DNA of 31,757 nucleotides from a virus (lineage: Duplodnaviria; Caudoviricetes). The translations under genes were made by a program, and so were the position numbers. The notes under the pieces are model-generated. The model saw only the letters and a program-made list of their open reading frames with translations, did not search any database and was not told where the DNA came from. Location of the stretch: positions 1-31,757 of the IMG/VR virus record IMGVR_UViG_3300012348_000015; one strand, written 5' to 3'. Shown piece by piece: positions 15,726 through 24,610 of this stretch (its first letter is position 1; every line of letters begins with the position of its first letter).

Positions 15726-16183
15726 TAATTTGGATAATTAAAATCGCTTGGAACTTGACATCTATTTGATAACATCGGGAAGCTTACCACTATATCAGCC
15801 TTAACACCAGCTAAATAGTCCTTCTCATTTTCTGTAAAAAATTCTAAAGATATACTATCGCCAATCTCCCAATCAAATTTAGGGAAGCGAAGCATAGAAA
15901 TTATATCTTGAGCTATTAGCAATTGATCAGAAAGCACTTCCGTTTCATTGCTTTCATCTTGAAGTTGTCTATCTAAGAAGAATAAGCTAAAGTTTAAGTC
16001 TAAAGATTTGCCGTTTATTTGGCTTCCAGTAAGCGAATAAAACATCGCTGGATAAACATTATCAGCTTGTGCTAAAAACTCCCACACATCGCCAAAATAG
16101 ACCGTATTAATTTGGTCGTGGCTTAGTGCTATATCCTTTATCAGCTTGACTGTCTGATTTAATGTTAGTTGTTTTATCGCCAT
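15725..16183 (-). CDS. Putative tail terminator / tail completion protein
   Basis: 152 aa after adaptor; YPAMF...FSLFFLD...FFTE...LAG...C pattern; function inferred from size and position. Confidence 0.6.
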   Translation of the reverse strand: MAIKQLTLNQTVKLIKDIALSHDQINTVYFGDVWEFLAQADNVYPAMFYSLTGSQINGKSLDLNFSLFFLDRQLQDESNETEVLSDQLLIAQDIISMLRFPKFDWEIGDSISLEFFTENEKDYLAGVKADIVVSFPMLSNRCQVPSDFNYPN

Positions 16184-16241
16184 TTTGACTTAAATAAATC
16201 TTTAACTTTTCAATGTTTTTTCTACTATAATCTTTCGGCAT
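16107..16241 (-). CDS. Possible small protein (MPKDYSRKNIEKLKIYLS...)
   Basis: ATG 2 nt after the adaptor stop; overlaps the next gene by 77 nt. Confidence 0.4.
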   Translation of the reverse strand: MPKDYSRKNIEKLKIYLSQNGDKTTNIKSDSQADKGYSTKPRPN

Positions 16242-16242
16242 A

Positions 16243-16827
16243 TTAGCAACAGAAACCAGTTTGACCTTGATACTTTTCTTCGAATGATAAACCACTTCCG
16301 CAACCTTCACAATCGCCTAAGTAAATAGTCGTAGAATATGCAGAATTATCTGGATGAATTGCATCTAGTCCAGAACCTGGATTCAAATATAAATTATATT
16401 TCCCTTGCGCTGCGTTTTGCTTCAAGAATTTAACCATGCGCTCCGCATAAAATTCAGCTCTCTTGCGATATCTTGCAGAGATGTCTAGCAAATCTTGCAT
16501 CTGAGGTTGATCCGTATTATCAGAAGTCTTGCGTACTAATCCTTTATTGTAAAATTGGTAGCTAAGTCCAGTAGGAAGTTCTGATAAAACGTAGTAGATA
16601 AGCGTATCAGTTACAAAGTTGTCCAATAGTGCAACTTCATCAGCCGTTAAATTGGCATTGTCAACTCCATCCTGAAGTCTTTCGTATAGCGCAGTTCCTA
16701 AAAGTGGATGAATATAAATATCCTGAGCAGTTTTTATTTCTGGAAGTAGTAGCTTATCATCTACATTTGTATGCAAAGCGCTTCTTTCTTTAATTGTATT
16801 TGCCGAGATAAATAGTGTATTCTTCAT
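16243..16827 (-). CDS. Putative head-tail adaptor (DUF6712-like)
   Basis: LFIS..IK.......NVD..LL.P.IKTAQD..I.P.LGTALY pattern; follows portal. Confidence 0.7.
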   Translation of the reverse strand: MKNTLFISANTIKERSALHTNVDDKLLLPEIKTAQDIYIHPLLGTALYERLQDGVDNANLTADEVALLDNFVTDTLIYYVLSELPTGLSYQFYNKGLVRKTSDNTDQPQMQDLLDISARYRKRAEFYAERMVKFLKQNAAQGKYNLYLNPGSGLDAIHPDNSAYSTTIYLGDCEGCGSGLSFEEKYQGQTGFCC

Positions 16828-16828
16828 A

Positions 16829-17467
16829 TTACTTGTATTTCCATTTAAATCCTCCAGCAGTTTTTCTAATTAAACTTCCTGAAGCAACTTGAGATATACT
16901 TCTGTGATCTATCCCAGTTATTTTTGAAGCAATTCTAACCCCTTCAAATTCTGCTACTATATTTTCGTTTTTATCAATTTGCAAAACTTTTTTGCATCTA
17001 ACTTTTTTACCTAACTCTTTTTTAACTATTAATTCTGGTTTAAAATCTGAATAACTCCATTGGTAATTTCCAGAAGTTGCTCTGTCCATTCTAGGTCTTA
17101 ATCCAGTTTTTTTAATTACTTCAGTATTGTTAGTATATTCTCCTACTAAATTACCTTCTAAATCGTACTGCTTAATAGTTGTTCTATTTTTAATATTAAA
17201 TAGCTTAAACCCCTTGTTGATATAATCCATAATTAGATTATTCTCTTCAATTAATGCTTGCTCTTTAGTATCAACTATTTTAACAATTTCAAACTTTGGG
17301 GACAATCCTAACTTTTTAAGATTATTAGTCCATTCCATTTTTTCTTTAGAAAAATTACTGGCATTCCCGCATTTGTGAGAAATAAAACGCTCTTTAACGT
17401 TAGAAGTTTCTCCAACATAAACTACTAAATCGTTAGTAGGATCTTTAATTAAATAAATGTATCTCAT
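16829..17467 (-). CDS. Free-standing GIY-YIG homing endonuclease with two NUMOD1 DNA-binding repeats
   Basis: YIY...YVGET...ERFISH...E...N catalytic pattern; KQYDLEGNLVGEY and VLQIDKNENIVAEF...TAGGFKWKY. Confidence 0.88.
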   Translation of the reverse strand: MRYIYLIKDPTNDLVVYVGETSNVKERFISHKCGNASNFSKEKMEWTNNLKKLGLSPKFEIVKIVDTKEQALIEENNLIMDYINKGFKLFNIKNRTTIKQYDLEGNLVGEYTNNTEVIKKTGLRPRMDRATSGNYQWSYSDFKPELIVKKELGKKVRCKKVLQIDKNENIVAEFEGVRIASKITGIDHRSISQVASGSLIRKTAGGFKWKYK

Positions 17468-17488
17468 CTTTATATATTTTTGTTTTCA

Positions 17489-17496
17489 CAAATATA
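17489..17496 (-). promoter_or_regulatory. -7 box (TATATTTG) upstream of the endonuclease
   Basis: Perfect TAnnTTTG in the 50-nt intergenic gap; no correctly spaced -33 box. Confidence 0.55.
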
Positions 17497-17517
17497 ATAA
17501 AATGTAGACACAAATTG

Positions 17518-19368
17518 CTAACTTTTCTTTATAACCGTAGATGCCATCCACAAATGTCTGCAACTTGGAGAATGGTCTCCATTTGGCTTAGTCCACCAAC
17601 CGCCTCTACGATCAAATACCGAGTAACCTAATCTTGCGCTGATTTGCTCTATCTCTGCTCTACTATATAATCTATCTAACTGCATTAAACGTGAGCAGAA
17701 TTGTCTGCTTGGATGCGCTGGAGTATTGCGTTGATTCGAAGGAATATCTGTTCTCCACTCATAAGAATAACGAACCATGAAAGTAGAAGTCTGTGGCTTA
17801 GGAGCATTCAATTGGCTCAATGGCTTAGGCAAACTTCTTTCAATTACTCCGTTAACATCTTTAATTTTTACAATCTCTTTTGCAGATAAGCCTTCAAGAA
17901 CTCGCTTAATGATATTAATATCTGTTTTCAATGATCCAGCAATTACTTCAGCAGTAATACGCTTATCTTTTTGAATTAAATCTAAGATACTAGCCTCTAA
18001 AACAGTTAGCGCTTGTTCAGCGAACTCCATGTGCATCTGCTCTTCTTGCTCGCTAATATCGGAAGAGAATACTTCTTTACTTTTAAATACTGAATACTCT
18101 TCTTTGCTAACTCCAAACTCTGCAAATATTGAGATAATATCATCTTCAGAAAAACTTGCTTTTAATTGCTCTTGTTGAACTGGAACTGCATCATTAATAG
18201 TAGCTTGATCGTACTTAGTTAAGTCAATACCTAACTTCTCAAGAATCCACTCTTTAGGAGCAAGCTCTTTAATTACCGCTTCGCTAAATTCGATTCCGAT
18301 AGGTTCTACCGGTACGATTTGCAATATCCCACTAGCACCATGTAATTTGGCAAGTAGACTGAATACTTGTTCAAGATATATTTGCTTGTCATTAACGTAA
18401 GTATTTTTAAATATCTCGTATGAATCACGCATCTGCTGGCGCGTTCCTAATTGTCCAGGAGTAGCAATACCGAATAAATCTGGCGCAGTAATTTGGTGTC
18501 CAGCATATAAGTTTTGCTGAATTAATTTATCTACGTTTTGGAAATCTTCCTTAGTAATATCTGAAGCTCCTAAATCATCTACAATAGGCTTGCGTGAAGC
18601 ATCGTTTGTAAAGCTAAGAATAAACTTCTTACCATCTGATCCAGTAAAGCGTTCTGTAAACTTGCGCTCAATTGTACGCTTCTCATCATCTGTCGGCTCT
18701 CCATTTGGAAGAGTAATTAACTTGCTTGCTGAGAAACCAGTTTGAGCATTTCCTAAAACGTGCTTAGAAATCTCAATGTCTGATTCAATGTAATTTAAAG
18801 CACCAAAATAACCTGGTAAAGCATAAGCATTCAAGTTAGGACGATACTCCTTTAGGTAAAGAATCTGAGTGCCAGTTCTTAACTGAGAATTGAAAGCGTT
18901 ATATACTTCTTTCTTATACTTTTGATCCTTCCAATTATCTGAATACCAATACTGAGTATTGTCTTCGTTGGCTCTAACCTTTGTATAGTCTAAGTGATAA
19001 ATCTCAGAAAGATTCTCTCCTACTTGACTCCAAATAATTTGCAAATAAGCTCCTCCGAATATCTCAATATCAGTAGAAACTTTGCGTAGAATTTCGGTTA
19101 ACGATTCTGATTGATTTGCGCTTGCGATGAATTGTTCACCAATGGGATCGGCGTCCCCTACGATTTTGAAACCATTACCAGTAATATAGTTAACCTTGCC
19201 TTTGATAATCGCATTATGCTTCGCGGACTTATTAAACAAATCAACTAGATAATTCGGATATTCGTTTTTGTGTCCAAACTCAATATAGCCTCCGCCTTCG
19301 CCTTTCTTCTCCTTGTATTCTGGTTGCTTGGCTTCTGCAAAAGAAAGCACTAATAGTTCATTACTCAT
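17518..19368 (-). CDS. Portal protein with wHTH-like insert and C-terminal Mu gpF-like (RxFC...CRH) domain
   Basis: FG..N.YP..L..LFNKS..HNAII..K...ITG.G, Y.LP.Y, NGF-like GFS, AGHQIT.P.LFGI portal motifs; SRQFC...SCRHLW tail. Confidence 0.88.
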   Translation of the reverse strand: MSNELLVLSFAEAKQPEYKEKKGEGGGYIEFGHKNEYPNYLVDLFNKSAKHNAIIKGKVNYITGNGFKIVGDADPIGEQFIASANQSESLTEILRKVSTDIEIFGGAYLQIIWSQVGENLSEIYHLDYTKVRANEDNTQYWYSDNWKDQKYKKEVYNAFNSQLRTGTQILYLKEYRPNLNAYALPGYFGALNYIESDIEISKHVLGNAQTGFSASKLITLPNGEPTDDEKRTIERKFTERFTGSDGKKFILSFTNDASRKPIVDDLGASDITKEDFQNVDKLIQQNLYAGHQITAPDLFGIATPGQLGTRQQMRDSYEIFKNTYVNDKQIYLEQVFSLLAKLHGASGILQIVPVEPIGIEFSEAVIKELAPKEWILEKLGIDLTKYDQATINDAVPVQQEQLKASFSEDDIISIFAEFGVSKEEYSVFKSKEVFSSDISEQEEQMHMEFAEQALTVLEASILDLIQKDKRITAEVIAGSLKTDINIIKRVLEGLSAKEIVKIKDVNGVIERSLPKPLSQLNAPKPQTSTFMVRYSYEWRTDIPSNQRNTPAHPSRQFCSRLMQLDRLYSRAEIEQISARLGYSVFDRRGGWWTKPNGDHSPSCRHLWMASTVIKKS

Positions 19369-19751
19369 ATATCTCTTACTTTGTAAGTGTTAGTCGTATT
19401 CGTGTAGCTAGTAAAGCTAAAATCTGTTGCATCTTTTAGGCTCATTTGCCCTACTTCTACGATGCCAGTAGCATTCGCTGGATTAGTATTGCTTGAGCTT
19501 GCTTGCTCGTAAATCGTGTATGTATATTCTCCGCTAGTCTTATTAGAAAAGTGAGTATTAACTACAATGTTAAAGCTATTAAATCTGTCTGTATAGCTTG
19601 ACAAATCTGAGTTACCTAGAACTACAAAACTTACTGTCTCATTCGTTACTCTTGACTTGAAAATAAATAGCCAATTAGGAGAAGTCAATGTAGCTTTCTC
19701 AGTTAGCGTTAAAACTATATTCTCAGTCTGTCCTTTAGTCAAGTGAATCAT
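19365..19751 (-). CDS. Hypothetical virion protein
   Basis: MIHL.KG..N..VLTLTE...YLF-like WLF.F...RFN.F...GEYTYTIYEQ.S..N..P; between tail tube and portal. Confidence 0.7.
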   Translation of the reverse strand: MIHLTKGQTENIVLTLTEKATLTSPNWLFIFKSRVTNETVSFVVLGNSDLSSYTDRFNSFNIVVNTHFSNKTSGEYTYTIYEQASSSNTNPANATGIVEVGQMSLKDATDFSFTSYTNTTNTYKVRDI

Positions 19752-19786
19752 CGTTAATAAATAGCAATTAATTTATTTTTATCCTT
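19750..19786 (-). promoter_or_regulatory. Candidate late promoter AAGG-N17-GCTATTTATTAACGAT
   Basis: Directly after a terminator; 16-mer identical to 29314-29329. Confidence 0.72.
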
Positions 19787-19791
19787 AAACG

Positions 19792-19818
19792 AAAAAAGGG
19801 TAGGACTGCTGCCTACCC
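19792..19818 (-). terminator. Rho-independent terminator after the tail tube gene
   Basis: GGGTAGG-CAGCAGT-CCTACCC-TTTTTT. Confidence 0.85.
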
Positions 19819-19846
19819 AATTCTCTCGCCAACCAAACGAACTATC

Positions 19847-20365
19847 TTACGAAGCTACCGTTAAACCTGCGATGATACCCGAAGATACCTCTGGAGCTAA
19901 TTCTCCTTCTGAACCGCTGAAAGTCAAAGTGTAACCAGAACGATCTCCTTGAGCAGTACCAGTTGCGCCAGAACCGCCAGTGATGTTGATACCATGAACT
20001 TTACCTAAGTACCAATACTTTCCGTTGTTATCTCCTACTACTGCTGCCAAAGAATTCTGAGCAAGTAATAAAATTTCGTTACGAGTATTAGCTTGTAATT
20101 TGTTTAAAATAATGGATAATTCTTGTGCGTAGAATACCGTACCATTTTGAACTGAAGCGTTGATATTCTCAGTAAGAGAAGAAGTACCAGGTACTAATTC
20201 ATACTTACGGAATACTTTACTTGAAGCTTTCACTACTGCCGTAATAACGCCAGAAGCTTGAGTTGTTGAAGTAACGTTCCCTTTTTCAATAAAGTAAACT
20301 TCGGTTATTCCACCTAAAGAATCTCTACAATCTAATGTATATCCTTGAGTCAATGCGCAAGCCAT
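19847..20365 (-). CDS. Major tail (tube) protein
   Basis: MACALTQG..LDC.DS.GGI, NGTVFYAQEL, D.NG.YW..G, G.A.GDRSGYTLTF.G.E; highly-expressed codon bias; follows capsid. Confidence 0.75.
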   Translation of the reverse strand: MACALTQGYTLDCRDSLGGITEVYFIEKGNVTSTTQASGVITAVVKASSKVFRKYELVPGTSSLTENINASVQNGTVFYAQELSIILNKLQANTRNEILLLAQNSLAAVVGDNNGKYWYLGKVHGINITGGSGATGTAQGDRSGYTLTFSGSEGELAPEVSSGIIAGLTVAS

Positions 20366-20394
20366 ATTTATTTTTCTTTAAAGTGTTAAAATTA

Positions 20395-20422
20395 GGGGAG
20401 TCCAATCCAATGGAAGCTCCCC
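20395..20422 (-). terminator. Hairpin after the major capsid gene (weak terminator or RNA stabiliser)
   Basis: GGGGAG-CT-TCCA...TGGA-CTCCCC followed by TAATTTT. Confidence 0.55.
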
Positions 20423-20437
20423 GAACCTATTGTAAGA

Positions 20438-21400
20438 TTATGCTAAAATGAAGTCAACAATTTCAGCAGGGAATGCGAAGTTAACTCCCATCTTGAACTC
20501 AGAAACAAAACGTACTTGATCTGCTTCTTTAGCGAAGAACAACTCAAAACGCTCTTCTTCGTTCAACAAGTCAGTTCCTAAGAACAAGTTGCTTAAACGA
20601 GCTGCATAAATTTTAGAAGTACCATTCAAACCTGGAGTTGCGATAACTTTGATTTGAGTACCTGGAAGCATAAACTCTGAATCTGCTTTGCCATCAAAAG
20701 TATAAGCGAACAAGTTAGCATTCTTCAATGCGATTGTGTAAGTACGGAAGATATCTTGTCCTACGAAGATTGCAACATCGTCTTTACCTACAATCTCAGC
20801 TGGGATAGCCTTGTAAACTGCATCTAAAACTGCTACTACGTTAGAAACTGTGATACCAGCAGAAGCTGCCAATGGAGTACCATAGTAAGTAGTAGTGTTT
20901 GCGTGAACTACTGAAGCAGAAGCTGCTGCAACTAACTTGTTCAAACCGTCAAACTTGTTCAAGTTTACGTTAGCTGAACCAGTATCTCCTTGCCAGATAG
21001 CAGTCTCTAATTGAGCAGCAATCTTATCAGCCTTACGTTGTGAGTACTCAGCAGAGAATGCGATAGAATCGTAAGTAGAACCAGCAGTTAATGCTTTTTG
21101 TAAATACTTAGTTTCTAAATCTTTAGGGCATAAAGACTCGTTTACTTTAATTTTACCTACTGTAACTGTACGCTGAGTGAACGTAGTAGAACCAGAAGAA
21201 GTAAAGCCACAAGAAGCACCATCTTGGAAGATAGTATCTGTGTCCATAATATTGATTGTTTCAGCAGACTTAACGCCTACCATTACGTTTCCTTGAGCTT
21301 TGATCAAAGAAGCCGTTTTCGCGCCTAATACAGAAGAAGCTACTAATTGTGCTACGTTCTCCTCTGTGTAATTAGCTAATGAACTTACTACAAATGCCAT
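20438..21400 (-). CDS. Major capsid protein
   Basis: 320 aa after protease and scaffold; CGF...FTQRT......LCPKDL, IWQGD, FDG, L.GTDL motifs; strong codon bias. Confidence 0.88.
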   Translation of the reverse strand: MAFVVSSLANYTEENVAQLVASSVLGAKTASLIKAQGNVMVGVKSAETINIMDTDTIFQDGASCGFTSSGSTTFTQRTVTVGKIKVNESLCPKDLETKYLQKALTAGSTYDSIAFSAEYSQRKADKIAAQLETAIWQGDTGSANVNLNKFDGLNKLVAAASASVVHANTTTYYGTPLAASAGITVSNVVAVLDAVYKAIPAEIVGKDDVAIFVGQDIFRTYTIALKNANLFAYTFDGKADSEFMLPGTQIKVIATPGLNGTSKIYAARLSNLFLGTDLLNEEERFELFFAKEADQVRFVSEFKMGVNFAFPAEIVDFILA

Positions 21401-21427
21401 TTTTTTTTAATTTAAATTGTGATTTTT

Positions 21428-22000
21428 TTATTTTACAAACTTGTTCAAGAAGCGATCAACTTTATCCGCCTTTGAATCCATTACTTTAAATGATTGCTTA
21501 GGAGCTTGAATAGCATCTGCGCTAGGCATCTTAGCTAATTCTTCTACCAAAACAAAAACCTTTTCGAATGCTTGATTAAACTTACCATCCATCTCATCTA
21601 ACTTAGCTTTTAAAGCTTCGTTCTCTGCTTTCAAGTAGTTAATTGTTGCATCCATTTCATCGAATTGATTTGACTCTTCAGTCATTTCTTCTTCTACCGC
21701 TGGAGATTCAGCTATTGGAGATTCGATACCTTCTACCTTACCATCCATTACTGAAACCATCGTGCCATCTGCTAACTCATACTCGCCACTAGGCGCAGCA
21801 ACTGAATTACCAGACTCGTCTACAAGCATAGCATCTCCACCAATTTCTAAAGCTGACAAATCGATTTTAGTACCATCCATAAGATCATACGTTTCGAAAG
21901 TCAACTCAGTAGTTGGCTCTTGCGCTACCTCTTCAGTTTGCAATTCTGCTTGACCAGAAAGCAATACTTTGATTTGCTCAATTCCTTGTTTAACTGTCAT
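21428..22000 (-). CDS. Capsid scaffolding protein
   Basis: Acidic; APSGEYELADGTMVSVMDG motif, coiled coil; between protease and capsid. Confidence 0.72.
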   Translation of the reverse strand: MTVKQGIEQIKVLLSGQAELQTEEVAQEPTTELTFETYDLMDGTKIDLSALEIGGDAMLVDESGNSVAAPSGEYELADGTMVSVMDGKVEGIESPIAESPAVEEEMTEESNQFDEMDATINYLKAENEALKAKLDEMDGKFNQAFEKVFVLVEELAKMPSADAIQAPKQSFKVMDSKADKVDRFLNKFVK

Positions 22001-22043
22001 TGTTTGTTTTACTTTTGTTTATAAATAAATTAATTAAAATACT

Positions 22044-22640
22044 TTATCGTTTAACTTGCTCCAAGATGCTAACAATCTGCGACCACATTGCTTCTTCTAC
22101 ACTAATTGGTTGCTTTTCTTTTTTATAGTTAAATATACCTTCAACTGAAAATCCTTTAAATTCTCCGCTCTTAATTTTCTGCCAAACATCTTCATTCTCT
22201 ACTTTGAAGCTACCAAACCAAGAACCTTCTGGAGAGTCTTCAAATCCTTTCATTGGAGCTATGCCTCTATCGGAATCTACAATAAATGACTCGTACAAAG
22301 TAATGCCATCAACTGCTTGTGCTTCATCGTGCATCAAGTTTACGTTTGACTGGTAGCCTTTCTTAAAGAATTTCTGTGCTATCTTCTCAATGGTTTCTTT
22401 TGTGAATGTTACATAGTATTCTCCATTCTGATCGTTGCGATAGATAGGCGTATCCGCAAGCATCAAAGCTCCTGATACTATTCTTCTGTCTTCTGATTGA
22501 ATAGCAAAGTTATTACGCGCTTCCTTGAACTTTAAGAAGTTGCGCTCAATTGCTGGTCTATCTACTAACGCTACGAAGTCCACTTCTGCGCCATCGTTTA
22601 AATCATCGCTAATCTCTAGCTGGTAAATTGGTAAATCCAT
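22044..22640 (-). CDS. Prohead protease, XkdF-like
   Basis: VALVDRPAIE, NLMH, ESFIV, P.GSWF, IKSGEFKGFSVEG. Confidence 0.88.
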   Translation of the reverse strand: MDLPIYQLEISDDLNDGAEVDFVALVDRPAIERNFLKFKEARNNFAIQSEDRRIVSGALMLADTPIYRNDQNGEYYVTFTKETIEKIAQKFFKKGYQSNVNLMHDEAQAVDGITLYESFIVDSDRGIAPMKGFEDSPEGSWFGSFKVENEDVWQKIKSGEFKGFSVEGIFNYKKEKQPISVEEAMWSQIVSILEQVKR

Positions 22641-22642
22641 AG

Positions 22643-24610
22643 TTATATTCTTGCTGCGTTTTCGATTCTTTTAATTCTTTTTTGTGTTCCAGTTATATCC
22701 GACTCTACTACATAAGCTCTAGCTACTACGTTGCTTATTGTATTTAAACTTGCTGCATCTAAAGCAGTTGGAGCTACTGGAGTAAATGTAGGAGTAACTG
22801 GCGCACTTGTAGACAATCCAGCTATTTGTGAACTTGCTCCTGATCCAGTTGATCCGCCAGGTACAGATTCAATAATTGATTTAGCCTTAGCTATATTTGT
22901 TAAAATCTGAATTAATCCAGTAGCATACTGAAGCGCACCAGCAGAACCAAAAGAAACAGAGTTTAAAGGGTTCTTAGAAGAGTTTGCTACTAATGCTGAA
23001 ATAGCAGTACCAGTATCAATTGCTACTTGACCTAAAGCTAATCCTTTTTGCAAAGCAGTTCCTTGTTCTGCAAGACCAGATAGCGCTCCAAGTATTCCGC
23101 CAATTGCTTGAGCATTAGCCTCTTTTGCTTGTCTTTCAGCAGTATCTAAATCAATTCTATTTTTAGTTAACTGAGCAGTTCTTTTATTATACTCTCTTTC
23201 GCTGATTAATTTCTTATCATATAGTTCTTTATCTGCTGCAATTTCCGCATCAATTGCTGCTCTCTTGGCATCAAATTTAGCAAGTTCATTTGCTTGAATA
23301 AACTGCAAATCTTCAATTTGGCGATTATAATAAATGCTTCTAATATCATTATCAGCTATTAATTTATTATTCTCAATCTCTTGCTTTTTAGTTGCAAATT
23401 CATTCTCAGCATCTACTTTAGCTTGAGTACCATCTTTGTAAAGTTTTACATTATCTTCAAGACGCTTTATTTCTAAAGCAGATTCTTCATCTAATATTTT
23501 ACGTTTAGCTATTGCTCTTTCTTGCTCATCAACAATTAATTCAGCATTAGCTTTCTTTTGAGCAAGTAATAAAGCATTAACATTTTGAACTCTAGATTTG
23601 TCTAGGTTTTGTTGCTCTAATAATAAAGCATTTTGGTTTATTAATTGTTCTGATCTAAATCCTTCAACTTGAGCTTGAATTGCTGCTAACTGATTAGTTG
23701 CCTCTAATCTTGCTCTTAAAAATGCTTGATTAGTTGAATCTTTTTTCAGATTTGCATCTGCTGCTTGAAGTAAAAGTCCAGCTTGTTGTAATTGTGCTGC
23801 TTGAGATTTTTCTAATACCTGACCTAATCTTTCATTAGCATCTGCTCTCTCTTTAATGGACTTAGAAGTATCATCTCTTATTTGTCTTTCTTTCTCAGCT
23901 AAACGATCATATTGCTCAATTAAACCTTGTAATTTAAGTGCGGCTAATTCTGCCGTATTTTGCAATTCAACATTATCTTTTGCAGTCTTTAAAACTTTCT
24001 TACCGTAGTCTAATACTTTTTCTGCAAGTTTGCCAATTTTGCCAGTAGTGTCTTCTACTCCAGTAGCAACATCTACTAATTCTTTTCCAGCTTCTTTAGC
24101 TGCTTGAGCTGCACCAGCAAAATCTCCAGCAAATAATTTTTTTAAAGCAGTACCTACAAAACCAGCAACTTCTAATAATGAATTAAAACGCTCAATTAAA
24201 TTATCTTTAATTGCATCGCCTAATTTTGAAGCAAATTCAGTAGGATTTTCAAAAGCATTCTTAAAGAAATCAATTACTGGCTGAGTATTGTCTACAATAA
24301 AGTTTACAAAATCTCCTACAATAATTGATAAAGCCTCAGTAGCAGTTGCAAGTATTTTAGTGATCTTAGAGTTTTGCCCTAAAATTTCGCCAAACTTTTC
24401 GAATACTTTTAGAATAATCGAAGCAGACGCTAAAGTTTTAACTGCTTGTCCTAATGAACTAAAAGCGCCTTTAGCACTTTCAGCAGATTTAGCGGCTTTC
24501 TTACTACTATCGCTTACTTCGTCAATCGCACCCGATACCTCAGCAACATCTTTAGCACTATCGCCAGTATCTACTTTCAGCTTAACTATTACTTCTTCTT
24601 TTTGCGCCAT
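22643..24610 (-). CDS. Tail tape measure protein
   Basis: 655 aa, Ala/Lys/Glu helical repeats; C-terminal RAYVVESDIT..Q motif. Confidence 0.85.
   Translation of the reverse strand: MAQKEEVIVKLKVDTGDSAKDVAEVSGAIDEVSDSSKKAAKSAESAKGAFSSLGQAVKTLASASIILKVFEKFGEILGQNSKITKILATATEALSIIVGDFVNFIVDNTQPVIDFFKNAFENPTEFASKLGDAIKDNLIERFNSLLEVAGFVGTALKKLFAGDFAGAAQAAKEAGKELVDVATGVEDTTGKIGKLAEKVLDYGKKVLKTAKDNVELQNTAELAALKLQGLIEQYDRLAEKERQIRDDTSKSIKERADANERLGQVLEKSQAAQLQQAGLLLQAADANLKKDSTNQAFLRARLEATNQLAAIQAQVEGFRSEQLINQNALLLEQQNLDKSRVQNVNALLLAQKKANAELIVDEQERAIAKRKILDEESALEIKRLEDNVKLYKDGTQAKVDAENEFATKKQEIENNKLIADNDIRSIYYNRQIEDLQFIQANELAKFDAKRAAIDAEIAADKELYDKKLISEREYNKRTAQLTKNRIDLDTAERQAKEANAQAIGGILGALSGLAEQGTALQKGLALGQVAIDTGTAISALVANSSKNPLNSVSFGSAGALQYATGLIQILTNIAKAKSIIESVPGGSTGSGASSQIAGLSTSAPVTPTFTPVAPTALDAASLNTISNVVARAYVVESDITGTQKRIKRIENAARI

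Noticed and set aside
16829-17517. Group I intron around the GIY-YIG gene
   Set aside because: Flanks are only 1 and 50 nt, and the portal and adaptor ORFs look complete
19663-19671. GCTATTTAT copy inside gene 19365..19751 as a promoter
   Set aside because: Coding (WLFI), no upstream AAGG at the right spacing, and under 100 nt from a better site
22020-22027. T4-type late promoter TATAAATA on the plus strand (also 6090-6097)
   Set aside because: Points against all genes; better explained as the reverse complement of the minus-strand motifs
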